Below are positions 8,344 through 19,439 of a DNA stretch of 32,000 nt, piece after piece. Source of the DNA: Aliivibrio fischeri ES114 (GTDB lineage Bacteria; Pseudomonadota; Gammaproteobacteria; Enterobacterales; Vibrionaceae); NCBI RefSeq assembly GCF_000011805.1, contig NC_006841.2; one strand, given 5' to 3'. Under the pieces are notes generated by a model. It did not search any database. It was not told the DNA's origin and was given only the letters and a program-made list of their open reading frames with translations. The translations under genes were made by a program, and so were the position numbers. Numbering within the stretch: position 1 is the stretch's first letter; every line of letters begins with the position of its first letter.

Positions 8344-10530
8344 TTATTTTAAACGATAAAAGACCGTAGAAAGCGGTGGTAACGTAATAACAATAGATTG
8401 TGCTAATCCTTGAGACTCAACCTTCTCTGTAGATGCTTCACTAATTACAGAGTAATCACTGCCCCCATAAAAATGAGCATCACTGTTTAAAATCAACTCA
8501 TACTGACCAGCAACAGGCATTCCTAAACGGAAATCCTCTCTTGGTGCTGGTGTAAAGTTACTAACAACGAGAATTCGCTCACCATTATCACCTAAACGTT
8601 CATGAGCTAGAACACTCATTTCTGCTTCATCTTGTAGTCGCCACTCAAAACCAGCAGGCTCACAATCTTTTTGATAAAGCGCAGGCTCTGTTGTGTATAA
8701 TTTATTTAAATCACGCACTAGCGATTGCATACCAGAGTGACGCTCAAATTGAGTTAAGAACCACTGTAATTGACCATCATGATCCCACTCTGCACTTTGA
8801 GCTATTTCAGCCCCCATGAAGTTTAATTTCTTACCCGGCTGACCATACATATACCCCATATAGGCACGTAAGTTTGCCGTTTTTTGCCATTCATCTCCAG
8901 GCATTTTATCTAAGATTGAGCCTTTTCCATAAACCACTTCATCGTGTGAAAGCGAAAGGATAAAGTTCTCACTAAATGCATAAACTAGCGGGAAAGTGAT
9001 GGTATCGTGGTGATATTTTCGATGAATTGGGTCTTCTCTAATGTAATTTAAGCTGTCATGCATCCAACCCATGTTCCACTTAAAGCCAAAGCCCAAACCA
9101 CCAGCAAAAGTAGGAGCTGAAACCCCAGGAAAAGCCGTTGATTCTTCCGCAATGGTCATCGCATTAGGATAATGTGAATACACCTCTTCGTTCATCCACT
9201 TTAATAAAGCGATGGCTCCGTGGTTATGATTTCCACCTTCCCAGTTAGGGATCCATTCGCCATCATTACGCGAATAATCAAGGTAAAGCATTGATGCTAC
9301 AGCATCGACACGCAAACCATCGATATGGAAATGCTCAAACCAATATAATGCATTAGAAACTAAAAATTCACGCACATGAGGTTGGTCATAATTGTAAATA
9401 AAGCTCTGCCAATCATTGTGCCATCCACGACGAGGGTCAGGATCATTAAACAAAGATGTTCCATCAAAATTCGCCAAACCATGTGAATCCGATGGGAAAT
9501 GAGCAGGAACCCAATCTAGTACGACACCAATACCAACTTGGTGGCATTGATCGACAAAATATTTAAAATCATCAGGCGTACCAAAACGACTCGTTGGTGA
9601 AAATAGCCCAATTGGTTGATAGCCCCATGAACCATAAAATGGATGTTCTGATACTGGCATTAGCTCTATGTGCGTATAACCCATATCTAAAATATAAGGT
9701 ATTAATTGCTCAGCTAACTCACGATAGGTTAAGAAATCGCCATTTTCATTTCTCTTCCAAGACCCTGCATGCAATTCATAGAATGAAAGCGCTTCTTTCT
9801 GCTTTTCAGTTACTGGTCTTTGCTGCCATTTGGCATCATTCCACTGATAAGAAGTTTGATCATATACCACAGATGCAAATGATGGATACTGCTCATTATG
9901 AGCGCCATAAGGATCCATTTTATGAGGAAGTGATTCTCCATTTGGTCCTTTTAACTCAAATTTATACTTAGTACCAACAGCATGTTCAGGTATAAATAAC
10001 GCCCAAAGTCCGTTATCTATACGTTGCATAATATGACGACGGCCATCCCACTGGTTAAAATCACCAATAACGCTAGCTGAAGAGGCATTAGGGGCAAAGA
10101 CTAAATAACGAACGCCTTGAATTTGCTTACCGTCACGAACAACGTTAAATAGATGCGCCCCTAAATGGTTATACATCTCTTTTGGTGTATGAACTTGCGC
10201 ATCCGTAGGGGAAATATCGTGGTATTGATATGGGTCATCAAGAATTTGTTCAGTTCCACTCCAATCGATAATTAATTCATAATGAACTTCTGTCATATCA
10301 ATGCTTTCATTTAATACAAAAATACCCGAATGTCTCGGGTCTGAAAGCAATTGATATTCAACATGACCAGATAATCGTACTTTTACCGATGTAGCACCTG
10401 GAAGCCAAACTCGTAGTGCTGTCGTTTGACTTTGATATTGTGGACCTAGAAAAGAAAATGGATCAGAAAAAGCAGCCCTTTCGAGCTGCATGTAGATGTC
10501 CTTTTCTTTACGTTCAACAAGTAAGTTCAA
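8344..10530 (-). CDS. glgB: 1,4-alpha-glucan branching enzyme GlgB (GH13)
   Basis: 728 aa. GH13 motifs present: [32 protein letters not shown] start at 10530 is preceded by AAAAGGAG with 8-nt spacing. Confidence 0.93.
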   Translation of the reverse strand: MNLLVERKEKDIYMQLERAAFSDPFSFLGPQYQSQTTALRVWLPGATSVKVRLSGHVEYQLLSDPRHSGIFVLNESIDMTEVHYELIIDWSGTEQILDDPYQYHDISPTDAQVHTPKEMYNHLGAHLFNVVRDGKQIQGVRYLVFAPNASSASVIGDFNQWDGRRHIMQRIDNGLWALFIPEHAVGTKYKFELKGPNGESLPHKMDPYGAHNEQYPSFASVVYDQTSYQWNDAKWQQRPVTEKQKEALSFYELHAGSWKRNENGDFLTYRELAEQLIPYILDMGYTHIELMPVSEHPFYGSWGYQPIGLFSPTSRFGTPDDFKYFVDQCHQVGIGVVLDWVPAHFPSDSHGLANFDGTSLFNDPDPRRGWHNDWQSFIYNYDQPHVREFLVSNALYWFEHFHIDGLRVDAVASMLYLDYSRNDGEWIPNWEGGNHNHGAIALLKWMNEEVYSHYPNAMTIAEESTAFPGVSAPTFAGGLGFGFKWNMGWMHDSLNYIREDPIHRKYHHDTITFPLVYAFSENFILSLSHDEVVYGKGSILDKMPGDEWQKTANLRAYMGYMYGQPGKKLNFMGAEIAQSAEWDHDGQLQWFLTQFERHSGMQSLVRDLNKLYTTEPALYQKDCEPAGFEWRLQDEAEMSVLAHERLGDNGERILVVSNFTPAPREDFRLGMPVAGQYELILNSDAHFYGGSDYSVISEASTEKVESQGLAQSIVITLPPLSTVFYRLK

Positions 10531-10544
10531 CGTAAATACTCCTT

Positions 10545-12725
10545 TTATTTTTGGCTTGCTTGAGCGCGGATGTCGGTTAATCGTTTGGTTAATTCATTAA
10601 CCTGCGGACGATTAAAAATATCGTCCAGAGTAACAGACAATTTACGACGCCAGTTTGGATATTCATTTACCGTTCCCGGTATGTTAACTGGTTTATCCAT
10701 CTCTAGCCAATCTTCAAGCTGTAAACTGAGAAGTGTGCTCGATCCCGCTGCAAGATGGCATTGCAACGCATCACTTAAGTATCTATCCATAGGAACAAAC
10801 GAAGCATCACGGCCCACACCTTCAGGTAGATACCCATGGAAATCGACACTGTTTAAAATCTCTTGTTTTGATTCCGCACGAGTATTAAACAATTCTTTTA
10901 GTTGTTCAGGATCTGGATATAAACCGATCTCTTCACCCATTTTTAAATCATCACAATGCCAAAAGCCACGTAACGTTGGCATATCATGCGTACATAATGC
11001 CGACATTGATTGCTCTTGATAATGCGCTGGTGAATAGAAACCACCGTCTTCAGACGTTTCAAAGAAGAACACTTTGTACGAATGAATGCCAGCTTCTGCA
11101 AGCAAATCAACAATCTCATCTGGTACTGTACCCAAATCCTCACCAATCACGGAGCATTGGTAACGATGACTTTCTAACGCAAGAATAGACAGCATATCTT
11201 CTACAGGATAGTGCATGTAAGCGCCTTTCGTTGCATCTTCACCTTTAGGGATCCACCACAAGCGTAGCAAGCCCAATACATGGTCAATTCGAAGTGCACC
11301 ACACGCTTTCATGTTTGCTCGTAGCAACTGAACATACGCTTCGTAGCTTGTTTCTTTTAGTGTGTGAGGATTTAAAGGCGGTAGTCCCCAGTTTTGTCCC
11401 AATGGACCTAAAATATCTGGTGGCGCACCAATGCTCACATCCAGACATAAGTTGCCGTGATCAGCCCACGTCTCAGAACCTGAATCAGCAACACCAACAG
11501 CCAAATCACGATACAAACCAACGTCCATACCTTTATTTTCTGCGAATTGTTGTACATCGTTAATTTGAGTAAATGCCACCCATTGTAAGTACATATACAA
11601 ATCAACTTGATCACGATTATCTGCAATGTATTTTTGCACGGCTTTATTATCAAAGTGCTGCAATTCATGAGGGAATACAGGCCAGCCCCAAATACTATTA
11701 TCTTGGCTGTATAAGCTGTTATGCAATGCATCAAATGCAGCCTGATGTAATAAGCTCTCGCCACCTTCAGCAACAAACTCTAAGAACGCTTTTGCTCGTG
11801 CACTTTTCTTATCTAAATGACGAGTTTTAAACTCGCTAAATAGCAATGGAAGTACACTCATTTTTAGAGCAGAGACTTCTGAGTAATTCACCCAATGAGA
11901 TTGACGAGCATCCGCTAAACGCTGTTGGAATTCTGCACTACCAACCAACTCTTGAGCTTGGTTACACAGTGCAAACTCAGGAACTGAACATACATCAATG
12001 TATAAAATATTTAGCCAACGACGAGAGGATGGACTGTATGGGCTCGCCCCTTCAGGGTTAGCAGGAAACAGTGAATGAATCGGGTTTAAACCAACAAAAT
12101 CACCGCCACGAACAGCAATATCACCTACTAGTTGCTTAAGATCACCAAAGTCACCAATACCCCAGTTATGCGGTGTTCTTAATGTGTATAATTGAACACT
12201 TGGCCCCCACATTTTTTTGCCTTTAAGCATTGCATCTTGTTTGAAACACGCTTTTGGCGTCACAATTAATGTCATTTCATAAGGTGCTTTACGACGCTTA
12301 CGAATCACTTCTAATTTATGGTAACCCCATGGCAGAGTTGGTAAAGAGAATAACAATGTACCATCATTTTCACGCTCGTCTGAAACGATTTGAGATTGTA
12401 AGTACCCTTCTAATACTTCCCCCTCTTCAGTGGTGATTTTCCAACTAAATTCACTGATACGAGCACTTTTACCAAGATTCATTTCTACTTGAAGCAGTTC
12501 ATTATCTCGAACTACCTGTACAGTAGAAAGTACGTCTTTTTTATGTTTCTTTTCAGCAGAACTTAAGAGTGTTTTATCATTCTTAGTGTCATAACCTAAA
12601 GAAGCCAGTAGACGAATTAAGGTTTCATCACTGACTTTTGCTTCATTGCCCCAAGCACTTACATAGCTGTTTTTTAACCCTGCCAGTTCTGCGACTTGAT
12701 GGAGTACATTGTTATTATCTTTCAT
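10545..12725 (-). CDS. malQ: 4-alpha-glucanotransferase (amylomaltase) MalQ, GH77
   Basis: GH77 motifs present: [26 protein letters not shown]. The ORF is open to 12761, but ATG 12725 (MKDNNN...) has a GGAG SD. Confidence 0.9.
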   Translation of the reverse strand: MKDNNNVLHQVAELAGLKNSYVSAWGNEAKVSDETLIRLLASLGYDTKNDKTLLSSAEKKHKKDVLSTVQVVRDNELLQVEMNLGKSARISEFSWKITTEEGEVLEGYLQSQIVSDERENDGTLLFSLPTLPWGYHKLEVIRKRRKAPYEMTLIVTPKACFKQDAMLKGKKMWGPSVQLYTLRTPHNWGIGDFGDLKQLVGDIAVRGGDFVGLNPIHSLFPANPEGASPYSPSSRRWLNILYIDVCSVPEFALCNQAQELVGSAEFQQRLADARQSHWVNYSEVSALKMSVLPLLFSEFKTRHLDKKSARAKAFLEFVAEGGESLLHQAAFDALHNSLYSQDNSIWGWPVFPHELQHFDNKAVQKYIADNRDQVDLYMYLQWVAFTQINDVQQFAENKGMDVGLYRDLAVGVADSGSETWADHGNLCLDVSIGAPPDILGPLGQNWGLPPLNPHTLKETSYEAYVQLLRANMKACGALRIDHVLGLLRLWWIPKGEDATKGAYMHYPVEDMLSILALESHRYQCSVIGEDLGTVPDEIVDLLAEAGIHSYKVFFFETSEDGGFYSPAHYQEQSMSALCTHDMPTLRGFWHCDDLKMGEEIGLYPDPEQLKELFNTRAESKQEILNSVDFHGYLPEGVGRDASFVPMDRYLSDALQCHLAAGSSTLLSLQLEDWLEMDKPVNIPGTVNEYPNWRRKLSVTLDDIFNRPQVNELTKRLTDIRAQASQK

Positions 12726-12777
12726 CGCTTTTCTCCAAGGGCAGTACAATACTGCCCTCATATTATAATTTTATTAA

Positions 12778-15231
12778 TTAACGGTTTACTGATTCCAGTT
12801 TCCAAATGTTATTTACATAATCACGGATACTGCGGTCTGAACTAAATTTACCAACCAAAGCAGTGTTTAAAATAGCCATTTTCGCCCACTGTTTTTGGTC
12901 ACGATATGCTGCATCAATGTCGTTCTGAGCACGAACATAATCAGCAAAATCAGCAAGAACTAAATATGGGTCACCGCCATACAATAGGTTGTCACGAATT
13001 GCAGATAACAGACCCACTTTACCCGGAGTAAATTCATCACCAGCTAATAAATCTAATGATGCTTGTAATAATGAATCGGCTTCATAGTACTTATACGGGC
13101 TATATCCTGATGCTTTTAACGCCTCAACTTCATCAACCTCTAAACCAAAGATGAAGATATTTTCGTCACCTACTTCTTCGCGGATCTCAACGTTTGCACC
13201 ATCCATCGTACCAACAGTCAGCGCACCGTTTAGTGCCATTTTCATGTTACCTGTACCAGATGCTTCTTTACCCGCTGTTGAAATTTGCTCAGATACATCC
13301 GCTGCTGGAATGATAATTTCAGCCATGCTCACACGGTAATCAGGAATAAATACAACTTTCAGTAAATCAGACACACGAGGATCGTTATTTACTTTTTCTG
13401 CCACTTTATTGATGGCAAAGATGATCTCTTTTGCTAAGTGGTAACCCGGCGCTGCTTTTGCTGCAAAGAAAAACACACGTGGGTGCATATCAAAACCAGG
13501 TTCGTTCAATATACGATGGTATAAAGAAAGAATATTTAATAAATCCAAATGCTGACGTTTGTATTCATGTAAACGCTTAATTTGAACATCAAAGATGGCA
13601 TCAGTATTTAATTCAATACCCATGTTTTCTTGAACCCAATTAGCTAAACGCTGTTTATTTTGTTTTTTCACAGCCATGAATTCTTTTTGGAATTTCTCAT
13701 CATCGGCAAAAACAGCAATGTCACTCAGTTGATCAAGATGTGCAGGCCACTCATTCCCAATTTTTCCAGAAATAAGGTTTGAAAGACCAGGGTTACAGAA
13801 TTTCAGCCAACGACGAGGAGTAACACCGTTAGTTACATTCGTTAGTTTTCCTGGGAAATATTCATTAAACTCTGGGAATAAATCACGCTTAACTAACTCA
13901 GAGTGAAGTGCTGCCACACCATTCACGGCATAAGATGAAACCACACATAAATTCGCCATGCGCACCATACGATGTGTGCCTTCTTCGATGATTGATAACT
14001 TGCGTAATTTATCAACATCACCTGGCCACTTCAGTTTCACGCCTTCTAAGAATAGGTAGTTAATCTGATAAATGATTTCCATATGACGAGGTAAAAGTCG
14101 AGAAATCAGTGATTCACTCCATGTCTCTAACGCTTCAGGTAACAATGTGTGGTTAGTATAAGCAAACGTGTTTGAACAGATTTCCCATGCCGTATCCCAC
14201 GATAAACCACGTACATCAATAAGTACGCGCATTAACTCAGGAATACCGATTGTTGGGTGTGTATCGTTTAATTGGATCGTTTCATATTTAGAAAGATCTT
14301 CAATCTTATGACCCGCAGCATCATGACGACGTAAGATATCAGCAATAGAACACGCACAGTGGAAATACTGTTGCATCAAACGTAATGTTTTGCCTTTCTC
14401 GTGGTTATCATTTGGATACAGAACTTTCGTTACGTTACCAGCATCAATTAAGGCGTGTTGCGCTTCAAAGTAGTCACCATTATTAAAGCTTGCAAGGCTA
14501 AACGGTGCTTTTGCACGACATTCCCACAAACGTAATGGGTAAACCGTATCACTTTGGTAACCAACAATAGGTAAATCCCAAGGCATACCTTCAACTGACA
14601 TACCTGGTACCCAGCGACGTTTCTCTTGGCCTTTTTCAGTGTACGTTTCTACATGACCATAAAATCCAACTTGCTGTGCAAAATCAGGACGAGCCACTTC
14701 CCAAGGATAGCCTTCTACTCCACACCATGCATCAGGCGCTTCTTTTTGTCGTCCGTCTTCAAAAGATTGGCGGAACAAACCGTATTCGTAATGCAAACCG
14801 TAACCAATCGCTGGATATTCTTGAGCAGCTAATGAATCCATAAAACACGCAGCTAAACGACCGAGACCACCGTTACCTAAAGCAGGATCACGCTCTTCTT
14901 CTAATAAATCCGTTAAATTATAACCAAGCTCACCCATTGCTTCAGTGATCTCTTCATAAAGACCCATACTAATTAGGTTGTTGCCCGTTAGACGTCCAAT
15001 TAAAAACTCTAAAGATAGATAGTTTACGCTGCGTGCGTTTTTTATTTTTTCGTCATTTTCTGTAGCAACAAGATCAAATGTCGTTAATTCAGCTAGAGCT
15101 TTACCCATTGCTAAATACCATACTTTAGCGCTCGCTGTTTTTTCATCTGCAGCGAATGTTGTCACTAAATGCTGCTTTACAGAGGCTTTAAACGCCGCTT
15201 TATCAAATTTTTCTATGTTATTCGTTTTCAT
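12778..15231 (-). CDS. malP: Maltodextrin/glycogen phosphorylase (GT35). Called MalP from the malQ/malT context
   Basis: PLP-lysine region EASGTGNMKMALNGALTVGTMDGANVE plus an about 817-aa alpha-glucan phosphorylase architecture. It is upstream of malQ and divergent from malT, as in E. coli malPQ/malT. The ORF is open to 15261; ATG 15231 (MKTNN...) is preferred. Confidence 0.88.
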   Translation of the reverse strand: MKTNNIEKFDKAAFKASVKQHLVTTFAADEKTASAKVWYLAMGKALAELTTFDLVATENDEKIKNARSVNYLSLEFLIGRLTGNNLISMGLYEEITEAMGELGYNLTDLLEEERDPALGNGGLGRLAACFMDSLAAQEYPAIGYGLHYEYGLFRQSFEDGRQKEAPDAWCGVEGYPWEVARPDFAQQVGFYGHVETYTEKGQEKRRWVPGMSVEGMPWDLPIVGYQSDTVYPLRLWECRAKAPFSLASFNNGDYFEAQHALIDAGNVTKVLYPNDNHEKGKTLRLMQQYFHCACSIADILRRHDAAGHKIEDLSKYETIQLNDTHPTIGIPELMRVLIDVRGLSWDTAWEICSNTFAYTNHTLLPEALETWSESLISRLLPRHMEIIYQINYLFLEGVKLKWPGDVDKLRKLSIIEEGTHRMVRMANLCVVSSYAVNGVAALHSELVKRDLFPEFNEYFPGKLTNVTNGVTPRRWLKFCNPGLSNLISGKIGNEWPAHLDQLSDIAVFADDEKFQKEFMAVKKQNKQRLANWVQENMGIELNTDAIFDVQIKRLHEYKRQHLDLLNILSLYHRILNEPGFDMHPRVFFFAAKAAPGYHLAKEIIFAINKVAEKVNNDPRVSDLLKVVFIPDYRVSMAEIIIPAADVSEQISTAGKEASGTGNMKMALNGALTVGTMDGANVEIREEVGDENIFIFGLEVDEVEALKASGYSPYKYYEADSLLQASLDLLAGDEFTPGKVGLLSAIRDNLLYGGDPYLVLADFADYVRAQNDIDAAYRDQKQWAKMAILNTALVGKFSSDRSIRDYVNNIWKLESVNR

Positions 15232-15294
15232 CTTAAATCTCTCACGAAGGTTCATAATCAACTGTTATCAATCCTGCCTTGTTCGAATAAGAGT

Positions 15295-15334
15295 CACATC
15301 CTCCTTTTTGGGGGATGAGATAAGGGTGAGATAA
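15295..15334. promoter_or_regulatory. Candidate MalT boxes in the malP-malT divergent region
   Basis: GGGGATGAGA (15311-15320, perfect GGATGA core). An 11-bp-offset direct repeat follows: GATGAGATAA at 15314-23 and GGTGAGATAA at 15325-34. An inverted copy lies at 15295-15304 and reads GGAGGATGTG toward malP. They sit about 60-100 nt upstream of the malP start. Confidence 0.45.
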
Positions 15335-15626
15335 AGGCGTAGTCCTGATTAATCAAATAACCTGTGACACGACTCAAAGTTTGTAGGCTGACAGTAAAAA
15401 CCTTCGTGATATTGGACACGTTTTTACAGCATAAAAAACAAAATGATAACAAGGTCACAAATTTAAAGATTAAATAAAACTATTTAAAAAACGTATTAAA
15501 TAAAACTCATGTATAAATTCATCAAGATAAAAATAAAGGTTTGATCACATTTATAGGGCGTAGTGGATAGATTAAATCTCATTATTGAGGATAATTAGCT
15601 CAGTATTTTTTAAAAGAACAATAATT

Positions 15627-18332
15627 ATGTTAATACCATCGAAACTGCATTTTCCAAGACGATTACATAATGCCATTCTCCGCCAACGTGTTTTAGATAC
15701 GCTAGAGAATGCAATGCATTACAAACTTGTTTTATTTCGATCTCCGGCTGGCTACGGAAAAACAACCATGGCTGCACAGTGGTTATCTGACAAAGACGCT
15801 ACTGGGTGGTATAGCCTAGATGAGAGTGATAATGATGAATATAAATTTGCAAAATACTTTGTACAAACAATAAGTAATGCAACTCATACTGAATTATCAC
15901 ACTCAAAAGCGTTAACTGAGAAACGTCAGTTTGCTTCATTATCAAGCCTATTTTCGCAAGTCTTTACTGAGCTAATCTCGTTTCAAGATGAAGCTTATAT
16001 CGTTCTCGACGACTATCACTTAATTACCAATGACACCATTCACCTTGGCTTAAAATTCTTCTTAAAACACCTTCCAGATAATTTGACACTGGTAATAACA
16101 AGTCGCTCTCAACCACCTCTAAATACAGCAAATCTACGTGTGAGAGACTTATTAATTGAAATTGATAATCAAAGTTTAGCGTTTGACCAATCAGAAACAT
16201 CTCTATTTTTCAATCAACGCCTAAATGAGAATATTGACCAAGAAGCCATCACTCATGTTCGTGAACATGTTGAAGGCTGGCCATCTGCACTTCAATTGAT
16301 TGCACTGCACAGTATTCAAAACAATCAATCCTTAAATAATTCAGCACAAGTCATGGCGCAATTAAACCATGCGCACTTATGGGATTATTTAGCGGAAGAA
16401 GTGTTTGATCATTTGGATCAAGAGACGCAGCAATTTTTAATGCGTTGTGCTGTTTTTGATCATTTTAATACCACACTGCTATCTAAAGTAACGCAACGAA
16501 AAGATGCCCAGTTGCTTATTGAAAATCTAAACCGATTCGGATTGTTTATTAACACAAATGGTGAACAAGGTGATTGGTACAAATTCCATAATCTTTTTGC
16601 TGAGTTCTTAACCCACCAAAGACAAAACCACCTAGCTCATGAAGAAATAGACCTGCAAAAATACGCAGCAGAAGCATGGCTTGAGCATGACAATATCTAT
16701 CAGGCACTTCGTCATGCGAAAAACGCCAAAGATGATATTCTGATCGCTAATATACTTACGCAGCATGGCTGGCATTTATTTAATAATGGGGAACTTTCTT
16801 TATTAGAGACCACCATTTCAGATCTTCGTCCTGAGGTATTATTTACCTCTCCTCGCCTTGTTATTATTCGCGCATGGTTAGCTCAGAGCCAGCATAATTA
16901 TCTGCAAGTAAATGATTTACTCTCTGAAGCACAACGTGAAATGGCTGATAGAAATATTGTTCTTGATAGGCATATGCAAGGAGAGATCGATGCACTGCGA
17001 GCACAGGTTGCCATCAATAAAAATGAACCTGAAGCTGCACTTGCCTTTGCAGAAAAAGCACTTGAAGAATTAGAAACCAATAAATACCGCAGTCGCATCG
17101 TCGCAACATCTGTTATTGGTGAATATCACCACGTTTCAGGAAACCTTGCACAAGCACTCGCTCTAATGCAGCAAACTGAAAAAATGGCCATGACCTATGG
17201 CATTTATCATCAAGCTTTGTGGGCAATCTTACAACAAAGTGAGATTTTAATGGCACAAGGGTTTATGCAAGCGGCTTTTGATCTTCAAGACAATGGATTC
17301 AAATTAATTGAAGACCAAGATTTACATCAGTTACCATTGCATGAATTCTTACTTCGCTCTCGTGCACAAATTTACTGGTTCTGGTTCCGTTTTGACGAAG
17401 CTGAACAATGTACTTGGAAAGGCTTAGATGTTCTCTCTCCTTTTGATGAAACTAAGCACTTGCGTGGCTACTCAATGCTTGCTCGCTTGGCCGTTGCTCG
17501 TGGTGAACTTGATAAAGCTGAACGATATCTAGATAAATGCCAACAACTACTTGGACAATCTGATTATCATATTGACTGGAAAGCAAATGCCTCTTCAGCT
17601 CAACTTTTCTATTGGCAAGCAAAAAACAATTCAGAAGCCATTCAATATTGGTTAGCCCAAGCAGAAAGACCAGAAACTCGCTGTAATCACTTTACCCAAC
17701 TGCAATGGCGTAACATTGCACGAGCTCAATTCCATCTAGGTGATATTGATACAGCAATTGAAACACTGCAAACCTCTCAAACTATTGCTCAACAACATAA
17801 ATTGATCACTGATATCAATCGTAATGCGATCTTAGCTGCCATTTTACTGTATGAAAACAAACAGATTGATGAAGCCGTTGAAGCAATGCACCTTGCAATT
17901 AAGCAGTCAAACCAAACAGGGATCATTGGTAGTTTTCTAATGGCGGGACGAAACGTTTTAAAACCCCTTGGGAAATTACAACAAAAAGGTAATGTTACTG
18001 AGCTTGAAAAACACCGAATTGAACAATTACAAAAAGCGCTATCAAATAATGAACGTTCTCGTTCAGCTCACTTCGATGAAACCTTTATTGAAAAAGTATT
18101 AAATACACCAGAGGTTCCCGAACTAATAAGAACAAGCCCACTTACCCATCGTGAATGGCAAGTGTTAGGTCTTATTTATTCTGGCTTTAGTAATGAACAA
18201 ATTGCAGCTGAATTTGATGTTGCACCAACCACTATTAAAACTCACATTCGTAATTTGTATCAAAAACTGAATCTTCCAAATCGAAAAGCTGCTATCGCTA
18301 TGGCTGACGAATTAGTAGGAATGATGAAGTAA
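15627..18332 (+). CDS. malT: Maltose regulon activator MalT (STAND ATPase with LuxR-type HTH)
   Basis: 901 aa from ATG 15627. The start MLIPSKL... is identical to the E. coli MalT N-terminus as I recall it. Walker A is SPAGYGKTT. C-terminal LuxR HTH reads LTHREWQVLGLIYSGFSNEQIAAEFDVAPTTIKTHIRNLYQKL. Confidence 0.93.
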   Translation: MLIPSKLHFPRRLHNAILRQRVLDTLENAMHYKLVLFRSPAGYGKTTMAAQWLSDKDATGWYSLDESDNDEYKFAKYFVQTISNATHTELSHSKALTEKRQFASLSSLFSQVFTELISFQDEAYIVLDDYHLITNDTIHLGLKFFLKHLPDNLTLVITSRSQPPLNTANLRVRDLLIEIDNQSLAFDQSETSLFFNQRLNENIDQEAITHVREHVEGWPSALQLIALHSIQNNQSLNNSAQVMAQLNHAHLWDYLAEEVFDHLDQETQQFLMRCAVFDHFNTTLLSKVTQRKDAQLLIENLNRFGLFINTNGEQGDWYKFHNLFAEFLTHQRQNHLAHEEIDLQKYAAEAWLEHDNIYQALRHAKNAKDDILIANILTQHGWHLFNNGELSLLETTISDLRPEVLFTSPRLVIIRAWLAQSQHNYLQVNDLLSEAQREMADRNIVLDRHMQGEIDALRAQVAINKNEPEAALAFAEKALEELETNKYRSRIVATSVIGEYHHVSGNLAQALALMQQTEKMAMTYGIYHQALWAILQQSEILMAQGFMQAAFDLQDNGFKLIEDQDLHQLPLHEFLLRSRAQIYWFWFRFDEAEQCTWKGLDVLSPFDETKHLRGYSMLARLAVARGELDKAERYLDKCQQLLGQSDYHIDWKANASSAQLFYWQAKNNSEAIQYWLAQAERPETRCNHFTQLQWRNIARAQFHLGDIDTAIETLQTSQTIAQQHKLITDINRNAILAAILLYENKQIDEAVEAMHLAIKQSNQTGIIGSFLMAGRNVLKPLGKLQQKGNVTELEKHRIEQLQKALSNNERSRSAHFDETFIEKVLNTPEVPELIRTSPLTHREWQVLGLIYSGFSNEQIAAEFDVAPTTIKTHIRNLYQKLNLPNRKAAIAMADELVGMMK

Positions 18333-18422
18333 TCAAATTTACGACATTTTTTACACAGAACTTATGTATAATCATGGCATCTTCATGCATTGTGCATAAG
18401 TTTTTATTTGTATCGAGATAAA

Positions 18423-19349
18423 ATGAATTATTTAACAACGTTCTTTAAAGGTATGGCAATGGGAGCTGCTGATGTAGTTCCTGGGGTATCAGGTGGTACG
18501 ATTGCATTTATTACTGGCATATATGATACGCTTCTAGAAAGCATTCGACGTATTAATCCATCAATCTTAGGATTATGGAAGCGCGAAGGGTTTAAAGCGG
18601 CATTTAATCACATTAACGGCTTCTTTCTTATTTCTCTGTTTGGTGGGATCTTAACAAGCATCCTGACATTAGCGAAATTCATTACGTGGATGTTGCACAC
18701 TCACCCAATTCCATTGTGGTCGTTTTTCTTCGGTTTAATCCTAATTTCAATCGTACATATTGCGAAACAGATTGAAAAATGGTCTTTAGATCGTTTTGTT
18801 ATGTTATTTGCTGGTGCTGCTTTTGCTTATAGCATTACCGTTCTTAACCCAATGACAATGACACCATCAACTTTCACCTATATTCTTGCAGGCTCTATTG
18901 CTATTTGTGCAATGATCTTACCGGGTATTTCAGGAAGCTTTATCCTTCTGCTTATCGGTATGTACGGCCCAGTACTTGGGGCAGTTAAATCTCTTGATTT
19001 AGTGACTATGGGTCTATTTGCATCTGGCTGCTTAATTGGTTTATTAAGCTTCTCACATGTTCTTTCTTTCCTACTAAGAAAGTTCCGAGATATTACGCTA
19101 ATCTTCCTAACTGGCCTAATGGCTGGCACATTAGGTAAAATCTGGCCTTGGAAAGAAGTGCTAGAATGGCGTACAAACTCAAAAGGCGAGCAAGTTCCAC
19201 TAATAGAACAGAACCTATCTCCATTTAACTACGAACAAGTAACGCAACAACCAGCACTTATTGGTTTCGCAGTATTTGGCGTTATTTTAGGTATTGGTTT
19301 AGTTCTAGGTCTTGAAATGTACGCTAAGAAAAACGAGAAAGAATCGTAA
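18423..19349 (+). CDS. DUF368 family membrane protein (PopT-type candidate undecaprenyl-phosphate translocase family)
   Basis: Two DUF368 repeat motifs are present: GAADVVPGVSGGTIAFITGIY and ILPGISGSFILLLIGMY. The ORF is open from 18390, but ATG 18423 (MNYLTTFFKG...) gives the family-typical N-terminus. Confidence 0.82.
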   Translation: MNYLTTFFKGMAMGAADVVPGVSGGTIAFITGIYDTLLESIRRINPSILGLWKREGFKAAFNHINGFFLISLFGGILTSILTLAKFITWMLHTHPIPLWSFFFGLILISIVHIAKQIEKWSLDRFVMLFAGAAFAYSITVLNPMTMTPSTFTYILAGSIAICAMILPGISGSFILLLIGMYGPVLGAVKSLDLVTMGLFASGCLIGLLSFSHVLSFLLRKFRDITLIFLTGLMAGTLGKIWPWKEVLEWRTNSKGEQVPLIEQNLSPFNYEQVTQQPALIGFAVFGVILGIGLVLGLEMYAKKNEKES

Positions 19350-19382
19350 TTGATTGGTGTAAACTGGTAAATCAATAGATAC

Positions 19383-19414
19383 AAAAAAGGAGCATTCAAT
19401 ATGCTCCTTTTTTT
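19383..19414. terminator. Bidirectional terminator between the convergent DUF368 gene and focA
   Basis: AAAAAAGGAGCAT-TCAAT-ATGCTCCTTTTTTT, a perfect 9-bp stem flanked by an A-run and a T-run. Confidence 0.8.
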
Positions 19415-19439
19415 ACATCTGTAATACTACTGATATTTA

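Noticed and set aside
9594-9971. 125-aa plus-strand ORF inside glgB.
   Set aside because: Antisense shadow ORF with no signals.
10570-12436. Chain of plus-strand ORFs (149, 70, 89, 85, 71 and 60 aa) tiling almost all of malQ in antisense. Five of them share the same frame.
   Set aside because: The translations are low-complexity and motif-free. The minus-strand frame carries unambiguous GH77 motifs end to end. A nearly open codon-aligned antisense frame is a known by-product of codon usage, not evidence of an overlapping gene.
13151-14832. 62-aa and 68-aa plus-strand ORFs inside malP.
   Set aside because: Antisense shadow ORFs with no signals.
16898-17098. 66-aa minus-strand ORF inside malT.
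   Set aside because: Antisense shadow ORF.
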